A stretch of 62,675 nucleotides of DNA from a virus. The first letter of the stretch is position 1, and each line of letters opens with the position of its first letter. The notes under the pieces are model-generated. The model ran no database searches. It saw nothing but the letters and a program-made list of their open reading frames with translations, and was not told where the DNA came from. Shown piece after piece: positions 9,654 to 18,210 of the stretch. A program made the translations under genes and the position numbers. The stretch is from the IMG/VR virus record IMGVR_UViG_3300022748_000002, one strand, 5' to 3'.

Positions 9654-11657
9654 ATGATGGAAGACGAAGTCCTAAAACGCTCCATGTTCAATAAGCCTAT
9701 GACCAAGGCTACTCGCAGCTCTGGCATCATGGCTGGCTTTGACGATGAGGAAATGAACGAACCTGAGGGTCCCGAGGAGCCAGAAGAGCAGATGTCTCCC
9801 ATGGCCCGCACGCCTCAGAATCCTGAAATCCTGATGAATACCTTGCGCGGTGACATGCGTTCGGTGGATGCACGCTACCAAGAACTGGCCGATATGGTTG
9901 GTGAAGAAGCGGCCCACGAAACACCACCCGAAGTGCTTGCTTTGTTGCAGGCGCAAATGGCTCCTCCTACACAAGGCGGTATTGGCGCGTTGCCACAAGC
10001 CACCGGCATGCCTGCCGCACCGGGAGCCGCGGCTCAAGGACCTGCTGGCGCTGCCCCACAAGGCATGCAAGCTCCTGCCGGTGCTCCTCCTGTTGGCGGC
10101 CCACCCCAAGGTGCACCAGCTGGCGCACCACCCATGGCTCCGCCTCAAGGTCTGGCTCACGGCGGGATCGTGCAACATTTTCAAGTGGGGTCCGGTCCAG
10201 CGGGCGTGACTCCAGCTACTGACTCCGCTGATGGCGACACTACCGAAGGCGGGGACAACCTGCCCTATGGTTTTGTGACCCCTGAACTGCGCCAAGCTGC
10301 GGCTGAAGGCATGCAGCGTTTGGCCATGCAAAAGCCTGCTGCTGTGCCTGATTTGGCCGAGCGCATGCAAGCGCACTTGCCTACCTATGAGAAGATCATG
10401 GGCGGTCAAAGCGACGACTACCTCAAGGCGCGCGCCTACCTCGACATGGCAGGCCGCGGTTTTGCTTTTGCAGCGAACACAGACGAAAACGGCAACCCTT
10501 TGCGCGGCAACTTCATGGCCCGTTTGGCCGGTGCCACCAAGTCTTTGCCTGCTTCGTTGGGCGAACTTGCTGCAGAAAAGGGCAAGACCGCTCAACAGCT
10601 CAAGCTCTTGGCTTTGCAGGCCGGCGAGAAGGACATCTTGGCCACACAGGCAGCCAATGCCAAGTTGGTCGAATCTCAACGCAAATTGTTCGGCGACATT
10701 TTGAAGTCGTCTGGCGCGGGCAGCACCTTTGGCAAGGGCTCATGGGAGTGGGGCGTGATCAACACCCCCGGCTTGATGGGTCAATATGCCGAAGGCAAAA
10801 CCACGCCCGAGCAAGATGCTTTGGTTGAGAGTGCAGCCACCAAGCTGATGCAGCCACGTTCTGAGACCTACACCGATGAGTTGGGCAAGACCGTTGTGCG
10901 CACCATGCCCGGCTACGAGCCCCCATTCATGATTGCTGCCTTGAAGGCGCGCCGTGCTCTGGGCACTGGCCAACCTCCAGCAGGCGGCAAAGCAGCAACA
11001 ACTACTCCTCCCGCAGGCTCTGGCCGTGCAGGAACTGGGGCTGGCGCAGGTGCAGGCGTAGGCACAGGAACCACAGATGTGGCACCTCCTGCCGGCGCGG
11101 CTACTGTGACCCCTTCGGACAAGGGAAGCAAGGGCTCCTCGTACGGCGGCATGAACTTGTTTGACGCTGCTGAAATGGGTACCGGTGTGGTGCCATGGGT
11201 GGCATCCAAGATTGCAACCGCCCCCGGCATGGGCAACGTGGCTCCTGAAATCCAGCAGTCGCGCGCCTTCATGTTGTCTGCTCCCAACCAGATCACCAAG
11301 GCGTTGCAGAACACAACCAAGCTGTCTGAAACCGAGCGCAAACAGGTGGAAGAGCAGATTGATTTGTTGCCCTCGGTCATCGACAACCCGACCGCTTACC
11401 GCAACCGCGTGATCGGTACTGGCCAGTTGCTGTACCGTCTGCGCGACGAAAGCTTGGACAAAGCCAAGAACGAATCGCTGCACGTCAAAGACCGCAACGA
11501 AGCCCGTGAAAAGGCCGGTGAGATTGGTAAGATCATCGACTTGATGGGCGTGCCATTGCCTGTCTACGAGATGAAGACGTGGGAGAGCTTGGCCCCCGGA
11601 ACGCGCTTCATGATCCAAGATGCCAAAGGTGTCTGGAAGCCACAAATCAAAAAGTAA
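9654..11657 (+). CDS. Internal virion protein (667 aa)
   Basis: SD AAGGA. Pro/Ala/Gly-rich tracts. Contains GLAHGGIVQHF, a copy of the x-GG-hydrophobic motif shared with other virion ORFs. Confidence 0.5.
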   Translation: MMEDEVLKRSMFNKPMTKATRSSGIMAGFDDEEMNEPEGPEEPEEQMSPMARTPQNPEILMNTLRGDMRSVDARYQELADMVGEEAAHETPPEVLALLQAQMAPPTQGGIGALPQATGMPAAPGAAAQGPAGAAPQGMQAPAGAPPVGGPPQGAPAGAPPMAPPQGLAHGGIVQHFQVGSGPAGVTPATDSADGDTTEGGDNLPYGFVTPELRQAAAEGMQRLAMQKPAAVPDLAERMQAHLPTYEKIMGGQSDDYLKARAYLDMAGRGFAFAANTDENGNPLRGNFMARLAGATKSLPASLGELAAEKGKTAQQLKLLALQAGEKDILATQAANAKLVESQRKLFGDILKSSGAGSTFGKGSWEWGVINTPGLMGQYAEGKTTPEQDALVESAATKLMQPRSETYTDELGKTVVRTMPGYEPPFMIAALKARRALGTGQPPAGGKAATTTPPAGSGRAGTGAGAGAGVGTGTTDVAPPAGAATVTPSDKGSKGSSYGGMNLFDAAEMGTGVVPWVASKIATAPGMGNVAPEIQQSRAFMLSAPNQITKALQNTTKLSETERKQVEEQIDLLPSVIDNPTAYRNRVIGTGQLLYRLRDESLDKAKNESLHVKDRNEAREKAGEIGKIIDLMGVPLPVYEMKTWESLAPGTRFMIQDAKGVWKPQIKK

Positions 11658-11666
11658 GGACTGACC

Positions 11667-14600
11667 ATGGGACTGTCTGCAGAAGACCTTCAACGAATTC
11701 AAGATGAATCCGTCCCGTATTCGGCTTCGGGCGCTTTGCCTGAGGCCGACCGCGCAAAGATCATGGAAGGTTCGATTGCGCAGACCCATGACATCGAGAC
11801 CGTGATGAAGGAGCTGGGCCTCGGCGCTGCCGAAGGCGTGGGCCGCGGTGCTGCGATGGCGAGCGGTTTGTATGGTGGCGCGCGCCTCGGCGCGATGACC
11901 TCCCCAGTGACTGGCATGGCCGGCCCCGTGGTGGGCGGCGGTCTGGGCTTGATCTACGGCGGCATGAACGCTGCCGATGCTTTGAGCAACCTGATGCCAA
12001 AGGCCACCCCCGGTCTCGAGCCCTACCGCGAAGGCGCAAAAACCTTTGGCGAGAGCTTGGGCATGGCCCCGTTGGGCTATGCGATGCCCGCTGCTGGCGC
12101 AGGTGCAGGCAAGGTGGCGCAAGCCATTTCGTCCATCGGCGAGTACGCCCGTGCACACCCAATCGGCTACCTCGGCAAAGAAGCCCTATCTGCTTTCTAC
12201 TCTGGCTTGGCTGGCGGCACTGCCGTCAACTACGCTCCGGACAGCCCCGGCACGCGCATGGCGGCCGAAGTCACTGCTGGCGTGTTCGCACCCGGCAAGT
12301 TTTTGTTTGACGTCAAGGACGCTGCAAACAAGGCCATGGACATCGGCAAGGCTGCCATGACACCCGACGCTGCGCACACCCGCGTGGCCAACTTCTTGAA
12401 CACCTTGGTGACCGAGGCAGGCGAAGACCCTGACAAGCTCGTCCGCATGTTGGAAGCAAAGGGCCCTTCTGGCCTGTCCGTGGACCTCCAACCAATGCCC
12501 ACCGCCGCACAGAAGGTCGAATCCCCTGTGTTGTCGGCGCTCGAGCGCAGCTTGGCCAAGAGCAGCGAACAGTATGCTGGCCAAGCCCGTGGCCAAGGTG
12601 AGCAGACCATGCGCGCCTACACCCTGTTGATTGACCGCTTGCAGAAGTCCGGTGACCCAGCAGCTTTGAAGACCGCAGCAGAGCTGCGTGACCGCATCAA
12701 CACCGAGAAGCTGGAAGCTGCGATTGCTGCTGCCCAGACCAAGGCCCTCGATGCTGCAAGCCGTCTTGGCAAAGCAGGCTCCACGGACCGCGGACAAGTG
12801 GGCAAGATTTTGAACGCCACCGTAGATGAGGCGCTGCGTGATGCACGCTCCATGGAACGTGATTTGTGGCAAAAAGCCTTGAAAGAGGGCTACAAAGAGG
12901 TGCCTCTAAGTCAAATTAAAGACCCTTTGGACCGAAAATTGATCGAAGCCGGCCAACAAAAGGCCCCGCTAATGCCTGTGAAGGTCGATCCTGAAAAGAT
13001 GGTCCTCCAGTATTTGGACGTGGCTGCCGGCATGACCCCTGAGCGTCTGCGCAGCGAGTTTGGCAACCTGAATTCCGCCATGGCACGCATGGGCGTCAAC
13101 AAAGAGACCTTGGACTTGTACAAGCGCGGTATGGCCACGCCTGAGTTCTTGGAAACAGGTGTGCTGCCTTGGACCATCCAAGGCAAGATCAGCAAAATGG
13201 TCAAAGCCATGCCTGCTCAGGACATCATTGCCATGCGCAGTGACATGCTGGATGCGGCTCGCAAAGCTGAAGGCAACGGCGACACCGGTGGCGCAGCCAT
13301 CTTCGGCAAGATTGCAGGTGCTGCACTTGACGACATGAGCGCGCTGCCCGGCACAGGCTACGACAACGCCCGCGCATTCTCCAAGCAGCTCAACGATGTG
13401 TTCACTCGCACCTTTGCCAATGACGTTGGTGGCGTGACCCGCACCGGTGCCGAGCGCATCCCTCCAGAGGTTTTGGTGGCCAAAGCATTCAGCGGCGGCG
13501 CGGACCAAACCTTCTTGCGCATGCAGCAAGTGGAAGACGCCGTGGGCATGATGGGCCAGAAGTACAAGGACGCCGTCAAGGAGTTCGGTGCCAACAGCAC
13601 ACAAGCCAAGGCTCTCGAGCCATACGGCACTGAGTCAGCCAAGCGCGTGAACACCATCCGCGACGCCCAAGCACGCATCTTGCGCCTCGGTGCAGCAGAG
13701 ACCATCAACCCAACCACCGGCATGGTCGACCCTGCACGTCTGGACCGCTTCATGCAGAAGAATGCAGACATGATCAACAAGGTTGGTCTGATGCAGGAAT
13801 TCAAAGACACTGGCCGCGCACAGCGTGCTTTCTTGGCCGTGCAAGATCAAGGCAGCGCCGTGAACAAGGCCCTGCGCTCCGAAGAGGCGTTTGCTTCTCT
13901 TTTGAAAACAGAGGACCCCGCCCGCGCGGTGACCGACGTGCTCAAAGGCAAGAACCCTGTCAAGGGTTTGAAGAGCTTGGTTGACCTGACTGCCGACAAC
14001 CCACAAGCCAAAGAAGGCTTGTTGTCGACCGTCTACCAGTACGCTTTTGCCAAGGCCGGCGGCCTCGACAATTTCAGCATCAAAAAGTACGACGATGCGC
14101 TGTTTCAGCCCATCTCTCCAAACCAGCCTTCGCTGGTGAACGTGCTGCGCGCCAACGACTTGATGACCTTTGACCAGATGAAGAATCTGCGTCGCTTGAT
14201 CAACCCAATGCGCAAGGTGGAAGACGCCATGGCCGCGGGCAAGAGCTTCGACGAGATTTCTCCCAGCGGCGCGATGAGCCCTGTGGAAGATTTGGTCATG
14301 ACACAGATCGGTGCTCGCTTGGGCGCGGCTGTCATGCCCTCGGGCCCCGGCTCACTGTCCTTTGCCTCCAAGTCCATCCAGACGGTCAAAAAGCTCTTCA
14401 ACAAGATGCCTGCTGCCCAGACCATGGAGCTGTTGCGCGAAGTGTCATTGGACCCCGACATGACCGCTGCCATGTTGAAGCGCGGCCTGACCGAAACCGA
14501 GCAGCGCGCGCTGTCCGTGGGCCTGTTGCGTCGCATGTATTCGCAGGGTTCTGTGAACTCGGCCGTGGCCCGCTATCTGGATTCGAACGACGATGAGCAG

Positions 14601-14810
14601 CCAAAACAGACCGTGGCTCCCGCAGCACCGGCCAAGGCACCCCGTCGTCCACAACCACCTTCTGTCCCAACACGTGGCCTGCCACACTTGGACAAAGGCG
14701 CAAGCGCCGCTCCTGCTGGTCCACAGACTGAAAGTCGTGCAATGTTCCAGCAGCTTTTCCCAACGGACCCAATCTCTTCGATGATTGCTCCACCTTCTGC
14801 ACAGGCATAA
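11667..14810 (+). CDS. Large internal virion/ejection protein (1047 aa)
   Basis: SD AAGGA. The N-terminal 200 aa hold several Gly-rich hydrophobic segments and the rest is long and helical. No enzymatic motif recognised. Confidence 0.5.
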   Translation: MGLSAEDLQRIQDESVPYSASGALPEADRAKIMEGSIAQTHDIETVMKELGLGAAEGVGRGAAMASGLYGGARLGAMTSPVTGMAGPVVGGGLGLIYGGMNAADALSNLMPKATPGLEPYREGAKTFGESLGMAPLGYAMPAAGAGAGKVAQAISSIGEYARAHPIGYLGKEALSAFYSGLAGGTAVNYAPDSPGTRMAAEVTAGVFAPGKFLFDVKDAANKAMDIGKAAMTPDAAHTRVANFLNTLVTEAGEDPDKLVRMLEAKGPSGLSVDLQPMPTAAQKVESPVLSALERSLAKSSEQYAGQARGQGEQTMRAYTLLIDRLQKSGDPAALKTAAELRDRINTEKLEAAIAAAQTKALDAASRLGKAGSTDRGQVGKILNATVDEALRDARSMERDLWQKALKEGYKEVPLSQIKDPLDRKLIEAGQQKAPLMPVKVDPEKMVLQYLDVAAGMTPERLRSEFGNLNSAMARMGVNKETLDLYKRGMATPEFLETGVLPWTIQGKISKMVKAMPAQDIIAMRSDMLDAARKAEGNGDTGGAAIFGKIAGAALDDMSALPGTGYDNARAFSKQLNDVFTRTFANDVGGVTRTGAERIPPEVLVAKAFSGGADQTFLRMQQVEDAVGMMGQKYKDAVKEFGANSTQAKALEPYGTESAKRVNTIRDAQARILRLGAAETINPTTGMVDPARLDRFMQKNADMINKVGLMQEFKDTGRAQRAFLAVQDQGSAVNKALRSEEAFASLLKTEDPARAVTDVLKGKNPVKGLKSLVDLTADNPQAKEGLLSTVYQYAFAKAGGLDNFSIKKYDDALFQPISPNQPSLVNVLRANDLMTFDQMKNLRRLINPMRKVEDAMAAGKSFDEISPSGAMSPVEDLVMTQIGARLGAAVMPSGPGSLSFASKSIQTVKKLFNKMPAAQTMELLREVSLDPDMTAAMLKRGLTETEQRALSVGLLRRMYSQGSVNSAVARYLDSNDDEQPKQTVAPAAPAKAPRRPQPPSVPTRGLPHLDKGASAAPAGPQTESRAMFQQLFPTDPISSMIAPPSAQA

Positions 14811-14811
14811 C

Positions 14812-15177
14812 ATGATCGGCAAACTGATTGGCACTTTGTTCTTGGCCCGCGAGTACGCTCATCGTGAGCACTTGCGCGTCACTGGCCCCGGCAGCTTCGC
14901 CAAACACGTGGCGCTGGGTGAGTTCTACGCTGAAATCATCGAGAACGCAGACTCGCTGACCGAGGCTTACCAAGGTCGCCACGACATCATCGACATCCCG
15001 TATTTGCCGATGATTGAGGAAGAGGACCCTGTCAAAGGCTTGAAGGCACTGCTCGACTACGTCGAAGAGATTCGCTACGAAGCCATCGACAAGAAGGACA
15101 CTGCCTTGCAGAACATCGTCGATGAATCTGTGGCCACGTTCCTGTCTGCCCTGTACAAGCTCCGAAAGTTGAAGTGA
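14812..15177 (+). CDS. Hypothetical helical protein (121 aa), possibly a ferritin/Dps-like bundle
   Basis: Track ORF trimmed to ATG 14812, 1 nt after the upstream stop. LFLAREYAHREHLRVTGPGSFAKHVALGEFYAEIIENADSLTEAY loosely recalls Dps-type helices. Weak call. Confidence 0.4.
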   Translation: MIGKLIGTLFLAREYAHREHLRVTGPGSFAKHVALGEFYAEIIENADSLTEAYQGRHDIIDIPYLPMIEEEDPVKGLKALLDYVEEIRYEAIDKKDTALQNIVDESVATFLSALYKLRKLK

Positions 15178-15178
15178 T

Positions 15179-16006
15179 GTGGACCCGTTCAGTCTCCTCC
15201 TGCTGGCGCAGACTGCTGTTGGTGCTATCACAACTGGGTGCGAAATGCTCCGAGAGGGCAAGCAGCTCATTGATGACTTCAAAGGTGAAGCTGAAGGAGT
15301 TGTGGGCCAGCTCAACGAAGCTAAAGAGCAGGCTTTTGAGCTCTGGGAAACCATCAGTGGGCTCTGGGACTGGGCCCAAGGACTTTGGGCAGGTCTCACA
15401 GGAAAGCCAGCGCCAAAGCCAGCCGCAGTCAAAGAAGTCGAAGCCCCAACAGCCCAAGTCGCTGTTCAAGCCAAGCCTGTGGAGAAAAAGGCAAATCGCA
15501 AACAAGCAAAAGAGCTGACCTATGAGGAGTACCAAGCCCGTGCAGTGCATGACATCTGTGAAAACCTGAAAGTCTATTTCGAGGCGATACGCCACCTAAA
15601 AATTCATTGCCGGGAGCTTGAAGAAGAATCTCTGACCACAGAGAAGGTTGCCGACAGTGCGATTGATCGTATCGAGATTCAATGGCAAATGCAGCAGCTG
15701 TCAGCACAGCTTAAGCAGGCCATGATTTACGGTACGCCGAAAGAGCTTGGTCTTGGTGCGATGTATGAGGATTTCCTCATCAAGTATGACGAGATTGTTG
15801 AGGCGCAAGAAGTTGCTGCGACGTTAAAAATCAAAAAGGCGCGAGACAACAAATGGCAACGAGAACTCCTCAGACATCATCGAATCGACCGGGCTTTAAC
15901 GGCAGTGTCGGTGGTGGTAATGATTCTATGGATGTGGGGCATCGGGCTATCGCTCGGATGGCTCGTGAGGACACCCGATGGTTTATCGTCGCTGTGGTCA
16001 TCCTGA
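15179..16006 (+). CDS. Coiled-coil protein with C-terminal transmembrane segment (275 aa)
   Basis: GTG start 2 nt after the upstream stop. C-terminal ALTAVSVVVMILWMWGIGLSLGWLV. No motif recognised. Confidence 0.5.
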   Translation: MDPFSLLLLAQTAVGAITTGCEMLREGKQLIDDFKGEAEGVVGQLNEAKEQAFELWETISGLWDWAQGLWAGLTGKPAPKPAAVKEVEAPTAQVAVQAKPVEKKANRKQAKELTYEEYQARAVHDICENLKVYFEAIRHLKIHCRELEEESLTTEKVADSAIDRIEIQWQMQQLSAQLKQAMIYGTPKELGLGAMYEDFLIKYDEIVEAQEVAATLKIKKARDNKWQRELLRHHRIDRALTAVSVVVMILWMWGIGLSLGWLVRTPDGLSSLWSS

Positions 16007-16155
16007 GTCTGGTGCTGTTTTTGGCGCTGCCAATGGCGATCTTGATTTACGTGGACACCGCACGCATGCAGGCCGAGGTGAGGAATGAAGTGAGGCAACT
16101 GAAAAGGCTTCGCGCTGAGTTGAAACCAGTTAAAAAGGAACAGGACGATGAATGA
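15928..16155 (+). CDS. Small N-terminal-TM plus coiled-coil protein (75 aa), possible lysis accessory
   Basis: Track ORF 15853..16155 trimmed to ATG 15928 (alternative ATG 15958). WFIVAVVILSLVLFLALPMAILIYV is followed by a charged helix. It overlaps the end of the 15179 ORF and sits just upstream of the holin-like gene. Confidence 0.4.
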   Translation: MDVGHRAIARMAREDTRWFIVAVVILSLVLFLALPMAILIYVDTARMQAEVRNEVRQLKRLRAELKPVKKEQDDE

Positions 16156-16600
16156 TCTACTTAGCATGCTTAAAGGTATTGCGCCTACTCTTGCTACTGC
16201 CGTTGCTGGTCCCCTTGGCGGCGCTGCTGTGTCTGCTATTGCTTCCAAGCTTGGCGTATCTGATTCTGTGGAATCTGTTGCTCGCGCTCTCGCAAGCGAT
16301 CCAGCAGCAACAGCGAAACTGCAAGAGCTCGAACTCGAGTTCTACAAAACCGAACAAAACAACCTGACGGATCGCTTGAAAGCGGACATGGCCAGCGACT
16401 CATGGCTGTCCAAAAACATCCGTCCCATGGTGCTGATATTCCTCCTCGTCGCATACAGCGGCTTTGCCATCGCCTCCATCTTCGAGTATGAAACTCGCGG
16501 CGCGTACGTTGAATTACTTGGGCAGTGGGGAATGCTCGTCATGTCCTTCTACTTCGGTGGTCGGACTATGGAAAAAATCGCAGATAAGGTGAAAAAATGA
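16148..16600 (+). CDS. Holin-like protein (150 aa), GTA-type 3-TM holin family resemblance
   Basis: The segment DRLKADMASDSWLSKNIRPMVLIFLLV plus two further hydrophobic segments resembles the holin-of-3TMs family, from recollection. It lies upstream of the endolysin. Confidence 0.55.
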   Translation: MNDLLSMLKGIAPTLATAVAGPLGGAAVSAIASKLGVSDSVESVARALASDPAATAKLQELELEFYKTEQNNLTDRLKADMASDSWLSKNIRPMVLIFLLVAYSGFAIASIFEYETRGAYVELLGQWGMLVMSFYFGGRTMEKIADKVKK

Positions 16601-16827
16601 AAGTAAAAGATTGGATCATGCTGATTTCAGCAGGCTCTTTGTCCATGGTTGTGTTCTGCATGATGATCATCTTCATCATGGCCACACTGGACGCATCGGT
16701 GGATGACAAAGAGATTTTCACAATTGTTGGCCCAGCCTTCCAAACCATCGTTGGTGGTTTCATCGGCTTGATCACAGGCATCAACATTGCCAAGAAAGAA
16801 GAGGAAAACAATGACTCAGCTCAGTGA
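16597..16827 (+). CDS. Two-TM small membrane protein (76 aa), second holin/antiholin-like
   Basis: ATGA overlap with the upstream gene. Two hydrophobic segments and a charged C-terminus. Overlaps the endolysin start. Confidence 0.5.
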   Translation: MKVKDWIMLISAGSLSMVVFCMMIIFIMATLDASVDDKEIFTIVGPAFQTIVGGFIGLITGINIAKKEEENNDSAQ

Positions 16828-17269
16828 ACATTTCAGCCTTGAGGAAGCCACGTACAGCGAAACCGCTGTGCGCATGGACATCCCAAACCAGCCCAACGAA
16901 CAGCAGCTGGAGAACATGAAAAAGGCGGCCGCGGCCCTTGAGCCTTTGCGCGCGGTCACCGGACCTCTGCGCATCAACTCTTGGTTGCGCTTGCCCGATG
17001 TCAACGTGGCTGTGGGCGGCTCCAAGGTGTCTTCGCACATGGATGGCTGGGCCATCGACGTGTCCAGCACCAAGATGACCCCCATCGAGCTGTGCCACAA
17101 AGTGGAAGAGCTGGGCCTGAAGTTTGACCAGATGATCCACGAGTTTGGCCGCTGGATGCACATCAGCTTCGCGCCTGAAATGCGCCAGCAAAAGCTGACC
17201 ATCTTTAAGCCTGAGAACAAGTACAAGCCCGGCATCCTGACCGAAGCTGAATACCACGCTCACGCTTAA
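16811..17269 (+). CDS. Endolysin, peptidase M15 family (152 aa)
   Basis: Trimmed to ATG 16811, preceded by the purine-rich GAAGAGGAAAACA. Zn-ligand pattern SSHMDGWAIDV...FGRWMHISF, as in M15 D-Ala-D-Ala / L-Ala-D-Glu peptidases. Confidence 0.8.
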   Translation: MTQLSEHFSLEEATYSETAVRMDIPNQPNEQQLENMKKAAAALEPLRAVTGPLRINSWLRLPDVNVAVGGSKVSSHMDGWAIDVSSTKMTPIELCHKVEELGLKFDQMIHEFGRWMHISFAPEMRQQKLTIFKPENKYKPGILTEAEYHAHA

Positions 17270-17287
17270 GTTGCAGTTGCCGTCACC

Positions 17288-18052
17288 TCAGTCCGGAGTG
17301 TCTCCCTCCGAGACGGCACCTTGGTCCGGGCTCACAAGGCTCGGACCCTTTTTGTGGAACGCCTCGACACGGCGTTTCCACTGATCTTTGTAGCCCTCAA
17401 ACTCGCGGCCGCAGGACACAAACTCTTTGGTCTGGCCATCCTGCGACACCATCATGATCACGCCCTGATTGATATCGGTGCCGTGGTTCTCGTTGTGTGC
17501 AACAGCGTACGAGGCCAACTGCACAAAGTAGTCTTCAATCCACTTGCGCTCTTTCATCTTGTTCGCTTGCTTGAAGTCAATGATCGAGGGCCGCGGACCA
17601 CTGCCCACGTACAGACGGCTGCGGTAGACCCCAACACAGTCCGTGGTCCCCGCATAGCGCAGCTCGTTGGAGTAGACGTTGGCCTCTGATCCCCACACCT
17701 CATCCACGTAGGGGAAGAACTCTTCCAGCAGCTTGTACCCCATCCAGTAGCCTTTGGCCGCGAGCCACGTGCGTGGGGCGGGCAGATCGCGGTTCAACAG
17801 CAGGCGTTCGATGACCAAGTGCATGTGCGTGCCAACAAGAGCCGCGTCCATGCGAATGCGTTCGGCTTCTTCCTGCCCAACCCTCGCGGCCCACGAATCA
17901 AGGTGCCCACGATCTTTGGTGGCCGACAGGATGGTGGTGACGCTGGACAGGCGCTCTTCTGTGCCACGCAGCTGGTAATAGCGGCCCGTTGGGGCATCCA
18001 CGCGTTTGAGCGTGGGGTATTTGTAGCGCGGGCGGAGTGGAACTAGCTGCAT
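17288..18052 (-). CDS. PD-(D/E)xK (RecB/Cas4-like) exonuclease (254 aa)
   Basis: Trimmed to ATG 18052. Motifs SVTTIL, GTHMHLVIE, GTTDCVG, IIDFKQ and QLASYAV match the D...(D/E)xK...QxxxY arrangement. Confidence 0.7.
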   Translation of the reverse strand: MQLVPLRPRYKYPTLKRVDAPTGRYYQLRGTEERLSSVTTILSATKDRGHLDSWAARVGQEEAERIRMDAALVGTHMHLVIERLLLNRDLPAPRTWLAAKGYWMGYKLLEEFFPYVDEVWGSEANVYSNELRYAGTTDCVGVYRSRLYVGSGPRPSIIDFKQANKMKERKWIEDYFVQLASYAVAHNENHGTDINQGVIMMVSQDGQTKEFVSCGREFEGYKDQWKRRVEAFHKKGPSLVSPDQGAVSEGDTPD

Positions 18053-18210
18053 GAGGCTTCTCTGAAAAATTTGGTGATGTCGGTGGAGGTGGCATCTTTC
18101 CATTCAATGTGAAAGTCGCCGGGCGGATAGCTGGGCACACGGTAGCCCCGCTGCAGAATGACCTTGCCAAAGAAGTTGACGCGAAAGCGCCATTTGTCTG
18201 GGAACTTCAT
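18043..18210 (-). CDS. Hypothetical protein (55 aa)
   Basis: Not in the ORF track (<60 aa). My translation is MKFPDKWRFRVNFFGKVILQRGY.... ATGA overlap with the SNF2 stop, and the ORF overlaps the exonuclease start. Confidence 0.45.
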   Translation of the reverse strand: MKFPDKWRFRVNFFGKVILQRGYRVPSYPPGDFHIEWKDATSTDITKFFREASCS

